NCBI GenBank assembly: GCA_006226555.1
Contig: SBGS01000256.1
Span: 1-40,967, forward strand
Direction: 5' to 3'
Length of the DNA stretch: 40,967 nt
Source: Bacteroidota bacterium
GTDB taxonomy: Bacteria > Bacteroidota > Bacteroidia > Flavobacteriales_D > Crocinitomicaceae
The notes below the pieces were generated by a model. The model was not told the origin of the DNA. It saw nothing but the letters and a program-made list of their open reading frames with translations, and made no database searches. The translations under genes and the position numbers were made by a program. Below, piece by piece: positions 1 to 9,172 of the stretch. Position 1 is the stretch's first letter. Every line of letters begins with the position of its first letter.

Positions 1-2673
1 TCCAGCCTAAAATTTAATTATGGAGATCAGTTCAGAGGAGAGATCGTTCTGGATGCTCAAGATAATGTATATGTCGCTTCTATGACTCAATCGGGAAATT
101 TCCCCGTAGTTCAGGGGAGTCAAGGTGCTATTTCCGGAAGTCAGGATGCTGTGTTATTTAAAATGAACAGTGGATTAAATAATCTTCTCTGGTCGACATT
201 TTACGGCGGTTTCGGATTGGAGACAGGAAATGCGATCGAGATTTCATCCAGTGGAGTGGTCTACGTTGCGGGAGGAACAACATCAACGGATCTTCCTGTT
301 ACTGGTGGTCATGATCAGTCTGCCAATGGCGGAGCAGCGGACGGTTATGTGGCAAGGTTCAATGGAACAAATGGAACATTTCTTTCCGGAACATACATGG
401 GGGCCGGAGAATACGATCAGACATTCTTTGTGCAATTGGATCTTGATGATAAAGTTTATGTACTTGGACAAAGTGAAAGTGATCTTGGTATTACCTCGGG
501 AGTTTATGGAAATGCGAATTCCGGTCAGTTTATCAGAAAGTACAATAACTCACTTAGTGCCCTAGAATGGACGACTATGATCGGTGCCGGTAGTGGTCAT
601 GTTGAGATTTCACCAACCGCTTTTTTGGTAAGTGATTGCTACGATATTTATTTGTCCGGTTGGGGTGGTGCAATCAATTCAAATCCGAATACCAGTCAGG
701 CGGTAAACTCAAGCTCTCAGGGATTTCCTGTTACCGTGGATGCATATCAGCCAAATACCAATGGAAGCAACTTCTACATTGCTGTGCTGGGACAAAATGC
801 GGGTCTACTGAAGTATGGTACGTATTTCGGCGGGGTAAACAGTTCGTATAATCATGTTGACGGAGGAACCAGCCGCTTCGATAAGGCGGGGAGGATTTAT
901 CATGCTGTATGTGGTGCATGTACAGGTAATCCTACAGGTTTTACAACAACTCCAGGTGTTTGGAGTCCGGTTAACCAGTCCAGTAATTGTAATATGGCTG
1001 CATTTAAATTTGAGCTGAGCACCATTGAAGCAATTGTCAGTAATCCGGATCCGCTGGTCTGCTTACCTGATCCGGTGCTGTTCAACAACAATAGCGCAAA
1101 CGGAAATGACTTTTACTGGGATTTTGGAGACGGCACATTTTCTAACGATGTAAATCCATCGCACGTCTATCCCGGACCCGGGGTTTACGATGTAACCTTA
1201 GTTGTCTCGGATACGAATGGTTGCTTCACATCGGATTCAGTAGTATTTCAGGTAAATATTGGTGAATTCTCTGGAGGAGTGGTACCTCTTCCTGGTCCAA
1301 TATGTCCTGGTGACACAATACAATTGGAGGCATTTGGAGGAAATTCATACGCATGGAGTCCGGGGCAGTATCTAGATGACCCCACAAGCGCGACTCCTAT
1401 GGCGAGTGTAGAACAAACAACAGAATTTCAGGTAATTGTATCTGATTCATGTGGAACAGATACACTAACCATTTTGGTTGAGGTATTCAACGGTTCTATT
1501 CAAGCTTCTAATGATACATCAATCTGTATCGGAAACAGTGTTCCTTTATTTGCAAATGGTGGTGTGTCAACGGTTTGGTCACCTTCACTTTACCTGGACG
1601 ACCCCAACACACCAACACCGGTATCAACGCCTTTAGACGATATCATGTATACTGTAGAGATCTTAACTGCCTCTGGATGTATATTGAAGGATTCGGTTTT
1701 CATCGATGTTTATTTCCAGCTGCCTATACCTGTTCTACCGGATACTTTATTTGTTTGCCAGGGTGAATCAGTGATGGTCACAGCTGAAGGGGGAGAAACC
1801 TATTTCTGGTACCCTGACAATGATATTGACAATGTGAATTCTCCGGTTGTTTCAATTAATTCGCCGATAAGTCAGTATTTCTATTGTGATCTTGGAAATT
1901 CATGTGGAGTTGTAACGGACAGTGTTTGGTTGGAGCTCGTAGTTGCAAATATTGAGGCATTTTCTGATACTATTCTTTGCCCGGGAAATTCGGTGGATTT
2001 ACGTGCAGAAGGTGGAGTTAATTATTACTGGTGGCCCAGCTACGGACTTTCTGCGGTGAATACATCACAGGTCACAGCTATGCCTTTTACCCCGACCCAG
2101 TATTATGTTATTGGATATGATGTTTATGGCTGTGCTGGCTCAGACAGCGTGCTCGTGGATCTTTATCCACAGGCATTGATCCTAACAAATCCTGATGTTT
2201 ATGCTTTTGTTGGAGATAATGTTCAGCTGAATGCTACCACAACCACACCGGGAAGCATTACGTGGTATCCGACTGAGTATTTGAGCTGCGTGGTATGTCC
2301 GAATCCTATTGCCAATCCGGATGAAGAGTATTTTTATATTGCTTCGTACACTGATGCCAATGGTTGTAGTGCCTCGGATACAGTACATATCTATTACGAT
2401 CCGATATTATATGTTCCGAATACTTTTACGCCAAATGAAGATTCAGACAATCAACTTTTTAGAGTTGTAGGCGGTAATATCACGGCATTTAGAATGGATA
2501 TTTATAACCGTTGGGGTGAACTTATCCATACCATGGAGGATATCTCAGAGTTTTGGGATGGTACCTATAACGATGCTGATTGTCAGGATGGAACCTATAC
2601 CTGGAAAATAGTTTTACGCGACCTTCGTGATGAAGAGCACATATACGTAGGACACGTTAATCTGATAAGGTAA
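1..2673 (+). CDS. T9SS type B (gliding-motility-associated, CHU_C-like) C-terminal sorting domain protein, 5'-truncated by the window edge; SBBP-type beta-propeller repeats, a PKD domain and about six Ig-like Cys-containing modules
   Basis: Frame 1 is open from nt 1, with no stop before the listed ATG at 82, so the ORF enters from upstream. The last ~90 aa, 'YVPNTFTPNEDSDNQLF..IYNRWGELI..WDGTY..DGTYTWKI..GHVNLIR', fit the type B T9SS CTD consensus. 'FYWDFGDGTFSNDVNPSHVYPGPGVYDVTLVVSD' is a PKD signature. 'C.G(D/N)SV.L.A.GG..Y.W.P' modules recur. Confidence 0.85.
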   Translation, partial: SSLKFNYGDQFRGEIVLDAQDNVYVASMTQSGNFPVVQGSQGAISGSQDAVLFKMNSGLNNLLWSTFYGGFGLETGNAIEISSSGVVYVAGGTTSTDLPVTGGHDQSANGGAADGYVARFNGTNGTFLSGTYMGAGEYDQTFFVQLDLDDKVYVLGQSESDLGITSGVYGNANSGQFIRKYNNSLSALEWTTMIGAGSGHVEISPTAFLVSDCYDIYLSGWGGAINSNPNTSQAVNSSSQGFPVTVDAYQPNTNGSNFYIAVLGQNAGLLKYGTYFGGVNSSYNHVDGGTSRFDKAGRIYHAVCGACTGNPTGFTTTPGVWSPVNQSSNCNMAAFKFELSTIEAIVSNPDPLVCLPDPVLFNNNSANGNDFYWDFGDGTFSNDVNPSHVYPGPGVYDVTLVVSDTNGCFTSDSVVFQVNIGEFSGGVVPLPGPICPGDTIQLEAFGGNSYAWSPGQYLDDPTSATPMASVEQTTEFQVIVSDSCGTDTLTILVEVFNGSIQASNDTSICIGNSVPLFANGGVSTVWSPSLYLDDPNTPTPVSTPLDDIMYTVEILTASGCILKDSVFIDVYFQLPIPVLPDTLFVCQGESVMVTAEGGETYFWYPDNDIDNVNSPVVSINSPISQYFYCDLGNSCGVVTDSVWLELVVANIEAFSDTILCPGNSVDLRAEGGVNYYWWPSYGLSAVNTSQVTAMPFTPTQYYVIGYDVYGCAGSDSVLVDLYPQALILTNPDVYAFVGDNVQLNATTTTPGSITWYPTEYLSCVVCPNPIANPDEEYFYIASYTDANGCSASDTVHIYYDPILYVPNTFTPNEDSDNQLFRVVGGNITAFRMDIYNRWGELIHTMEDISEFWDGTYNDADCQDGTYTWKIVLRDLRDEEHIYVGHVNLIR

Positions 2674-2681
2674 TCAATAAA

Positions 2682-3212
2682 TTATACGAAACGTGGATCC
2701 GTTTCCATTACGTGACCACAGTTTTTGCATGTTCTTAATTCTTCAGATCCATAGAATTCTCTGAATCGAGATAGAAAATCACGTTCAATATTATCCAGCG
2801 GGAATCTGTACTCGTGCAATTTGTGATTGCATTCGTCACAGAACCACATTAAACCATCAGTAAGATCAGTTCCTTTTCTAACGCGCTCTATCACTAAGCC
2901 GACAGTATTCGGTCCACGCATTGGAGAGTGAGGAATGTTTCCCGGTAAAAGGAACATTTCTCCTTCTTTGATTTGAATGTCTCTTGGTTTACCGTCTTCC
3001 TGTATGCGAACAGTAATGTCTCCTTCGATCTGATAGAATAATTCCTCGCTCTCATTAAAATGATAATCCTTACGAGCGTTAGGTCCCCCCACGATCATAA
3101 CGATGAAATCTCCGGCTTCCGCATACAGATTCTTGTTGCTTACCGGTGGTTTAAGTAGATCACGATTGTCATCGATCCATTTCTGAAGATTAAAAGGAGC
3201 TAGCATAATCAA
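2682..3212 (-). CDS. 3-hydroxyanthranilate 3,4-dioxygenase (kynurenine pathway; cupin fold)
   Basis: The cupin core 'DYHFNESEELFYQIEGDI...EGEMFLLPGNIPHSP' carries the His/Glu/His iron-ligand pattern of HAAO. The C-terminus has CxxC...CxxC ('CDEC','CKNC'), as in the rubredoxin-like site of bacterial HAO. The true start may be the third codon (MLAPF). Confidence 0.9.
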   Translation of the reverse strand: MIMLAPFNLQKWIDDNRDLLKPPVSNKNLYAEAGDFIVMIVGGPNARKDYHFNESEELFYQIEGDITVRIQEDGKPRDIQIKEGEMFLLPGNIPHSPMRGPNTVGLVIERVRKGTDLTDGLMWFCDECNHKLHEYRFPLDNIERDFLSRFREFYGSEELRTCKNCGHVMETDPRFV

Positions 3213-3230
3213 ATGTTTTCTTAAAAGTAA

Positions 3231-3263
3231 TTAAAAAATAAAAAGCCCCGCACTGGGCGGGGC
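3231..3263 (-). terminator. Rho-independent terminator of the 1504-aa cargo gene
   Basis: On the minus strand, GCCCCGC-CCAGT-GCGGGGC (3263..3245) is followed by TTTTTATTTTTTAA. The hairpin begins 25 nt after the stop at 3289-3291. Confidence 0.75.
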
Positions 3264-3288
3264 TTCTTTCACGATAGTGAACTATCGA

Positions 3289-6200
3289 TTATTGTTTGAT
3301 CACTCTAAATGTGTGCTCAACGTTTTCATTCGCTACTTTGATCAAGTATACTCCTGGCTCAAGTTTACCAAGATCGATCGATGTAGTTTCTGTTCCGTTG
3401 ATCGCGTTAGCTTTAGTAGCGATAACTTTTCCATTAAGATCAGTCAACTCATAGCTGAATACTTCAGTTGATCCTTCATTTGTAATGTAGATCATATCTG
3501 TAGTAGGGTTAGGATATAGATCGATATTTCCTAATCCAAGCTCAGCGATGTTCAACCAGTCACATGTAGGTGAAACGTTCACAACTACGTTTGCAGTATC
3601 AGGACCACAAACTCCGTTTGAAACGATGTAGTCGTAGTTGAACTGACCTGGGATGTTACTAGCCATGATCTGTGAAGTTGGCATTGCTTGGTTAGATGGA
3701 TCGTACCATGTACCACCAAGGTCAACGTTTCCACTAAGACCTGAAAGTAGATCAAATGGTTCGTTCATACATACATCAATTGTTCCATCCTGACCAGCAG
3801 AAGAAGCATTGAATACAGTGATCGCAGCAACAGTTGTGTCAGCAGCACATGGAGTTTCTACGATATAGTAGAAGTAATGTGTTCCTGCAGGCAACAAGCT
3901 GATATCAGCAACAGTATCGTTGATGATGAACGTTTGGTTTTGGAAGTACCACTTACCAAATGATTCACCAGCAGTAATAACACTGTTTAGATCTACTGTA
4001 CCATCAGCACGACATACATCAACTGCACCATCAGTACCAGGTACCAATGTACATGGAAGGAATTGAACGTCATCTACAACGTTAGCACGTCCCCAGTTGT
4101 TGATACCTTCGAACGCAATCTGATAAACTGTATCAGAAAGGAACAATGTATCAATAGTCCAAGTGTTCACGTTATTGTTGTATGACTGAATTTCAGTCCA
4201 TGGTGAAGTTTGGCTGTTCACATAAACTTTAGTGATGTTTTGAGTTCCCCAAGATTCTTGAGCATAAGCAAATACCAATGCCACTGAATCCTGTCCTGAG
4301 AAGTCAAATCGTGGACTCACCAATTTAGTGATCGGAGAGTTAGAACCTGATTGACTCACGAAACGAGCGTTCAATGTTCCTTCGTACGCAGTAGTTACAG
4401 TACCACCACCGGCACCAGTTTGGTATGTCCAGTTTGCAGTACCTACTTCTTGCTCATTTTTCCAACAAACACGTGTTTCAGAGTTGTCTTCGAATGTTTC
4501 AAAGAAAGGAAGTACACTATAAATACCACATTCAGTTGTGAAGTTGATTGGAGACCAATCACCTACTACTTCAGTTGGTCCACAGTTAGCAGCAACATAA
4601 ACATCGTAATTTGTGTTACCATCCAATCCTGTGATCAGGTAGAATGTATCAGTTGCTGTAGCAGAACCGATCTCTGTACCAGTACCAGGTGTGAATCCAG
4701 GAAGACCCCACTCAACGTACCACTCAGTTTCAGTACCATTAGCTACCCATGCTACAATACCACCTTGATCTGTGATCGTATCCATGTAAAGGTTAGTTGG
4801 AGCATCCGCATCCTCAACAGTTACGTAGTATACACCAGATGTGTCACCATTATTGTCTTGAACAATAATTGCGTATACTCCAGGAGTAAGGTCAGTTGGA
4901 GCTGGTCCAAAAGCACCTCCATCAACAGAGTAAGAGAATGGTGCAGCACCACAAGTTACGTTAGAAAGAACAAATGAACCATTTGCCTGGTTGTTACAAG
5001 ATGCATCAATTGAATCAAGATCAACGTTTACGTTGTGAACGTTTACTTCGATCAATAATGGATCAACAGAGAAACAACCGTTATTGTTAGAGTAAGCATA
5101 GAAGTTGTAAACACCTTCTGTCGCTGCAGGCAATACAGTAGTTCCAACAGTTTCAAGCGGTGAACCTGTTCCTAGGAAGTTACTTGCAGTAGACGGTGCA
5201 TCATACCAATCAGCCGGAGCTGGAGATTGTGCATCGTAGTATACTGTACCGTTGAATGTTCTGTTCGCATTACCTACAGTCCATGGAGTACACAAACCAT
5301 TACCACAAATAATTGTGATGTCAGCGTTGCTGTATGTGTTAGCACCTGTAGTATAGTCAGCATCATACTGCACGTATATACCGTAAGTAGCACCAGCAGG
5401 TATAGTGAAGTCAGCTACATCGATGAACTGAGCACCAGCAGCAGCTACAGAGTAGTTACCAACAAGTGTCCAAGCGGCCTGGTTTGTTGCGTTTCCAACG
5501 TACCCACCTGGGATGTAGTAAACATCAACAGGACCAGCAGAACCTGCGTTAACATCAAATCCTGTAATAATTACGTCATTAACGTTTGCTGCAATGTCAA
5601 ACATGTTACCAGCACCACAACCGTTACCAGCGGCAAAAGTTGTTGTCAATGAGTTTGGAAGCATTGCAAAACCAGTTGCGTTAACCGGAATAGAAAGGTC
5701 TCCTGTACAAGCATAAACGATTGTATCTAAAGCTTGCGCTTGAAGAGGGATGTTTGTTTCACCAGTAGCGATAACAACATCCACTGGAGCACTGAATAAA
5801 CCACCGTTATCCTGAACAATTACAGAATAAGTACCAGCAGTAAGATCCGTAGGGATCGCTCCGTATGTAGCACCACCATCAAGTGAGTACGTGAACGGTG
5901 CAGCACCACAAGTAACGCCAGTTAAAGAGAATGAACCATTGTTGTAGTTTGTACACGTCTCATCGATTGGAGTAAGATCAACCAATACATCAGCGATAAC
6001 AACTTGAACTAGCTCTCTTGTACTCTCACAACCGTTAGTTGAAGCTACATAGAAATCATAAGTTCCAGTTACGTTTGGATCTGGAAGAACTGTTGTACCT
6101 ACCGCGTTCAAAGGTGTACCTGAACCAAGTAAGTTACCTCCTGTAGAAGCGTCATACCACAATAATGAACCATCGAAATAAGTAAGGTTTACAGTTGCAG

Positions 6201-7803
6201 TCAATGTAATTGGATCTGTGAAAGCATCGTCATCACTAGATACTAGAACTACAGAAGTCAACGGTAAGTATGGAGTCAAATCAATACCTGTTTGATCACA
6301 CTGTGCTGTTAAAATAGTAGAACCGTTTACGATTACACTGTATGAATACCATCCAAATGAACAGTCAGGACCAATAGATGCATCCAAAGTAGCACTAACG
6401 ATCGTTCCTGTAGCACACGAGAAATCATTTACAGTTACTGTAACAGGATCAGAATCACTACCACCCGCACTTGCCGTAGACGAACAAGTAACTGATGGAA
6501 GAGAAGCTGTAAGGTTAATTGGGTTTGAACCAGTACAAGCATTGATAACAGGGTTTGTAACAGTTGGTACAGGCAGTGGAGTTGTGTTAATTACAACACT
6601 TACACCAACCGAGTTAGACCAACATTGTGTAGCTACATCGTATGCAGTAACATAATATGTGTCAGTCGAAGTTACTGTGTAAGGCGCAGTTGCCGGATCA
6701 GCGTTTGATGTTCCAGGCATGTTTCCTTGCCAGTAGTATTCTGTACCAGCCGGAGCTGCAGCCACAGTAATTTGAGTAGAGTTACATGCTGGAGACTGGT
6801 CCGCAACCGGAGCTGGAGGATCTGCTGCCAATGGCATGTCAGTTACTGTATATGAAGACGAGTTTATTGACCACGCCATAGTAACTGTATTGTAAGCTCT
6901 TAGGTAATAAGTACCGTTAGCTGTTACGTTGTAAGGTCCAACGTATTGAGCTGTCATGTCAGTACCAGTAGCAGAAGTTTGCCAGTACCAAACAACATCT
7001 GGAGCAGGAGTACCTGCAACATCCAAATCAGTTCCTGTAACACAGCTTGTAGAAGGTGCTACCTGGAAAGGTGTTGGTGGTGTTGCTGGTGGTGGATTCC
7101 AAGCATAAGTTTGCCCTGATACAGGGAAAACTGTAGCTGAAATTGTCATATTGTTTGCGTTTGACGTAGCGGCCGCTGAAGCTGACCAGTCTGTCGTTGT
7201 TGTACGAGCATTGTAATCAGCATTCGTTGCTCCCGTAATACCACAGTCATAGTCAGAACTTGAGGTAGTTGCAACCATTGTACCGTATACGAACTCAATT
7301 ACGTTCGTAGACTCATACAATTTGATCTGAAAATTAAAATCTTGTGTACCTGCAAAACGACGGAAATTTTTCCACTGGATCGTACAGATCTGGTTTGGAG
7401 CAACACCACTTGTTTCAATGCGGATTTCTCCAGCAGTTGTACCACCTTGAAGGTCACGACCCAAGGGAGCTAAACAAGGATGATGTGTACCAGTTGAAGA
7501 CAACGGAGTATATGTTGTTGTCGACGTTGTGGTACCGAAAGAAGCCCATCCATTCGAGTTTACTTTAATCGTGGTATAGTCCGTACCATTGTAATTAAAT
7601 GTAAAACCGATTGGAGTTGCAGGACTGATGGCATCATCAGTTGTACCTGTAAAGAGAGCCGTACCACCGGTAATCTCAGTGTAGGTGCCCGCAAATTGCG
7701 AGAACGAGTATGAACTCACCTGTGCCCACGAAGTGCTGTACGAAACAACAAAAAGGGTACATAGCAAGAATATACTACGCCATTTTTTGTAATGATTTTT
7801 CAT
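3289..7803 (-). CDS. Giant secreted multidomain protein with a T9SS type A (Por_Secre_tail) C-terminal sorting domain; SprB-repeat-like modules, an FN3-like domain and a choice-of-anchor-J/MAM-like domain
   Basis: The signal peptide is 'MKNHYKKWRSIFLLCTLFVVSYSTSWAQ'. The last ~75 aa, 'LYPNPTTDMIYI...LTDLNGKVI...LEPGVYLIKV...FRVIKQ', are a classic type A CTD. 'APTNLYMD..WVANGTETEWYVEWG..TNYDVYVAANCG' is FN3-like. 'FFETFEDNS..CWKNEQ..ANWTYQ' resembles choice-of-anchor J. The gene is monocistronic, with flanking promoter and terminator motifs. Confidence 0.9.
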   Translation of the reverse strand: MKNHYKKWRSIFLLCTLFVVSYSTSWAQVSSYSFSQFAGTYTEITGGTALFTGTTDDAISPATPIGFTFNYNGTDYTTIKVNSNGWASFGTTTSTTTYTPLSSTGTHHPCLAPLGRDLQGGTTAGEIRIETSGVAPNQICTIQWKNFRRFAGTQDFNFQIKLYESTNVIEFVYGTMVATTSSSDYDCGITGATNADYNARTTTTDWSASAAATSNANNMTISATVFPVSGQTYAWNPPPATPPTPFQVAPSTSCVTGTDLDVAGTPAPDVVWYWQTSATGTDMTAQYVGPYNVTANGTYYLRAYNTVTMAWSINSSSYTVTDMPLAADPPAPVADQSPACNSTQITVAAAPAGTEYYWQGNMPGTSNADPATAPYTVTSTDTYYVTAYDVATQCWSNSVGVSVVINTTPLPVPTVTNPVINACTGSNPINLTASLPSVTCSSTASAGGSDSDPVTVTVNDFSCATGTIVSATLDASIGPDCSFGWYSYSVIVNGSTILTAQCDQTGIDLTPYLPLTSVVLVSSDDDAFTDPITLTATVNLTYFDGSLLWYDASTGGNLLGSGTPLNAVGTTVLPDPNVTGTYDFYVASTNGCESTRELVQVVIADVLVDLTPIDETCTNYNNGSFSLTGVTCGAAPFTYSLDGGATYGAIPTDLTAGTYSVIVQDNGGLFSAPVDVVIATGETNIPLQAQALDTIVYACTGDLSIPVNATGFAMLPNSLTTTFAAGNGCGAGNMFDIAANVNDVIITGFDVNAGSAGPVDVYYIPGGYVGNATNQAAWTLVGNYSVAAAGAQFIDVADFTIPAGATYGIYVQYDADYTTGANTYSNADITIICGNGLCTPWTVGNANRTFNGTVYYDAQSPAPADWYDAPSTASNFLGTGSPLETVGTTVLPAATEGVYNFYAYSNNNGCFSVDPLLIEVNVHNVNVDLDSIDASCNNQANGSFVLSNVTCGAAPFSYSVDGGAFGPAPTDLTPGVYAIIVQDNNGDTSGVYYVTVEDADAPTNLYMDTITDQGGIVAWVANGTETEWYVEWGLPGFTPGTGTEIGSATATDTFYLITGLDGNTNYDVYVAANCGPTEVVGDWSPINFTTECGIYSVLPFFETFEDNSETRVCWKNEQEVGTANWTYQTGAGGGTVTTAYEGTLNARFVSQSGSNSPITKLVSPRFDFSGQDSVALVFAYAQESWGTQNITKVYVNSQTSPWTEIQSYNNNVNTWTIDTLFLSDTVYQIAFEGINNWGRANVVDDVQFLPCTLVPGTDGAVDVCRADGTVDLNSVITAGESFGKWYFQNQTFIINDTVADISLLPAGTHYFYYIVETPCAADTTVAAITVFNASSAGQDGTIDVCMNEPFDLLSGLSGNVDLGGTWYDPSNQAMPTSQIMASNIPGQFNYDYIVSNGVCGPDTANVVVNVSPTCDWLNIAELGLGNIDLYPNPTTDMIYITNEGSTEVFSYELTDLNGKVIATKANAINGTETTSIDLGKLEPGVYLIKVANENVEHTFRVIKQ
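4804..5212 (-). repeat. Copy 2 of an in-frame ~130-aa duplicated module within the 1504-aa protein
   Basis: 'DWYDAPSTASNFLGTGSPLETVGTTVLP..YNFYAYSNNNGCFS..VDLDSIDASCNNQANGSFVLSNVTCGAAPFSYSVDGG..DLTPGVYAIIVQDNNG' aligns by eye with copy 1, which contains 'LWYDASTGGNLLGSGTPLNAVGTTVLP...'. Confidence 0.8.
5767..6166 (-). repeat. Copy 1 of the in-frame ~130-aa duplicated module within the 1504-aa protein
   Basis: 'LLWYDASTGGNLLGSGTPLNAVGTTVLPDPNVTGTYDFYVASTNGCES..VDLTPIDETCTNYNNGSFSLTGVTCGAAPFTYSLDGG..DLTAGTYSVIVQDNGG'. About half the residues are identical to copy 2 (estimated by eye). Confidence 0.8.
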
Positions 7804-7838
7804 AATTAATACGTTATTTAATTGTAGTTAACATTCGG

Positions 7839-7846
7839 CAAAGGTA
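7839..7846 (-). promoter_or_regulatory. Candidate Bacteroidota -7 promoter box (TACCTTTG) for the 1504-aa cargo gene
   Basis: The minus strand reads TACCTTTG, an exact TAnnTTTG match, 36 nt upstream of the ATG at 7803. A CTTG lies 20 nt further upstream and is a possible -33 element. Confidence 0.4.
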
Positions 7847-7982
7847 CGTTAACGATAGATGTCTTCCAAGGTAGATTTATCCCGATGAATATTTTTGTTG
7901 TTAAAATTACCAAATTGGTATTGGGACAGGATCAATTCATACTTTTTGTTATATTTCGAACAATTTAAACAGCGGGAAGAAA

Positions 7983-8765
7983 ATGGAACTTACAAATAGA
8001 AATGCCCTGATTTGCGGGTCTACACAAGGAATTGGTCTAGCAACAGCTGAATTGATGGCTTCAAGAGGAGCGAATGTAACATTGGTTGCAAGGAACGAAG
8101 AGAAGCTGAAAGAAGTTAGAGACCAGTTGCCTACACCGATAGGTCAATCCCATAATTACCTTGTGGCAGACTTTACTCAACCTGAAAAGCTGAAAGGTGT
8201 GCTGGAAAATTATTTGTCAGAAGGCAATAAGGTGGATATACTCGTAAACAATACCGGAGGACCTAAAGGAGGACCAATCATCGACGCTGAGATCTCTGAG
8301 TTTTTAGATGCATTTCAACAACACCTGATCTGTAATCATATTCTTGTTCAAGCGGTCTATCCGGGTATGAAGGAACGTGGATGGGGTAGAGTGGTCAATG
8401 TGATTTCCACAAGTGTAAAGCAGCCATTAGATGGGCTTGGGGTTTCAAATACCGTTCGCGGAGCAGTCGCAAACTGGAGTAAAACCTTGGCAAATGAGCT
8501 GGGCCGTTTTAATATCACTGTAAACAATGTTCTTCCGGGCGCTACAAATACTATTCGTCTCCAATCCATTGCTGAAGCGAAATCTTCAAAGACAAATGAG
8601 GATGTTGACGCAATTTTAGATGCCATGGCACAACAGTCGCCGATGAAAAGGATCGCTGAACCCACAGAGATTGCCGAGGCCATTGCTTTTCTTGCTTCAG
8701 ATCGAGCGTCTTATGTAAATGGTATCAACGTGCCTGTTGACGGTGGTAGAACCAAGTCGCTTTAA
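7983..8765 (+). CDS. SDR family oxidoreductase (FabG-like short-chain dehydrogenase)
   Basis: The N-terminal Rossmann motif is 'ICGSTQGIGLA'. 'NNTG', 'S..V' and an SDR core are present, followed by a C-terminal 'ASYVNGINVPVDGG' typical of classical SDRs. Confidence 0.85.
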   Translation: MELTNRNALICGSTQGIGLATAELMASRGANVTLVARNEEKLKEVRDQLPTPIGQSHNYLVADFTQPEKLKGVLENYLSEGNKVDILVNNTGGPKGGPIIDAEISEFLDAFQQHLICNHILVQAVYPGMKERGWGRVVNVISTSVKQPLDGLGVSNTVRGAVANWSKTLANELGRFNITVNNVLPGATNTIRLQSIAEAKSSKTNEDVDAILDAMAQQSPMKRIAEPTEIAEAIAFLASDRASYVNGINVPVDGGRTKSL

Positions 8766-9172
8766 TGACGAGGTACCATTACGCATTATTTATTTTACTG
8801 CTCACCTCCTGTGAGCAATATGATCAATCGCGGTCGTTTTGCAGTGTTCAAGGAAATCCATTTTATCAGGATTGTAAACTGACTCCCAAAGGGATCGTGC
8901 TTGATTCCATTCAACTGGCAGGAAGTGAAAAACTATATCATTTGAAAGGTAAATTGTTCGTTAATGATTCTACGATAAGCTATGATCTATATTTTGATCG
9001 CAGTCCTTTGACCGAATTGGTTCGTCCGAATCACGCTATATTACCAGCAAGCTTTGATGTTTTCGCAAATGCATTATTTGATTTGAGCTGGGCGGACAGA
9101 AGGAGCAAATACCTGAACATAGCTATCAAATGGAAGGATCAACGCCTGTTCATTGCTGATCGGATCATTTGA
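8765..9172 (+). CDS. Hypothetical lipoprotein
   Basis: The lipobox-like N-terminus is 'ALFILLLTSCEQ'. The start overlaps the SDR stop by 1 nt (TAATG), implying co-translation. I recognise no family. Confidence 0.5.
   Translation: MTRYHYALFILLLTSCEQYDQSRSFCSVQGNPFYQDCKLTPKGIVLDSIQLAGSEKLYHLKGKLFVNDSTISYDLYFDRSPLTELVRPNHAILPASFDVFANALFDLSWADRRSKYLNIAIKWKDQRLFIADRII

Noticed and set aside
4351-4977. 208-aa plus-strand ORF antisense to the 1504-aa cargo gene; the same applies to the 141-aa ORF at 5227..5652.
   Set aside because: Both are in exact codon register with the minus-strand gene, so they only report stretches lacking TTA/CTA/TCA sense codons. The translations are Cys/Ser/Thr/Val-rich low-complexity sequence with no recognisable motifs, promoter or independent signals.
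3289-7803. The distinct codon usage of the 1504-aa gene as a sign of horizontal transfer.
   Set aside because: The bias is toward the same codons used by atpD in this window, so it matches the host's translationally preferred set and does not look foreign. No flanking direct repeats, tRNA-adjacent integration scar, integrase or transposase is present.
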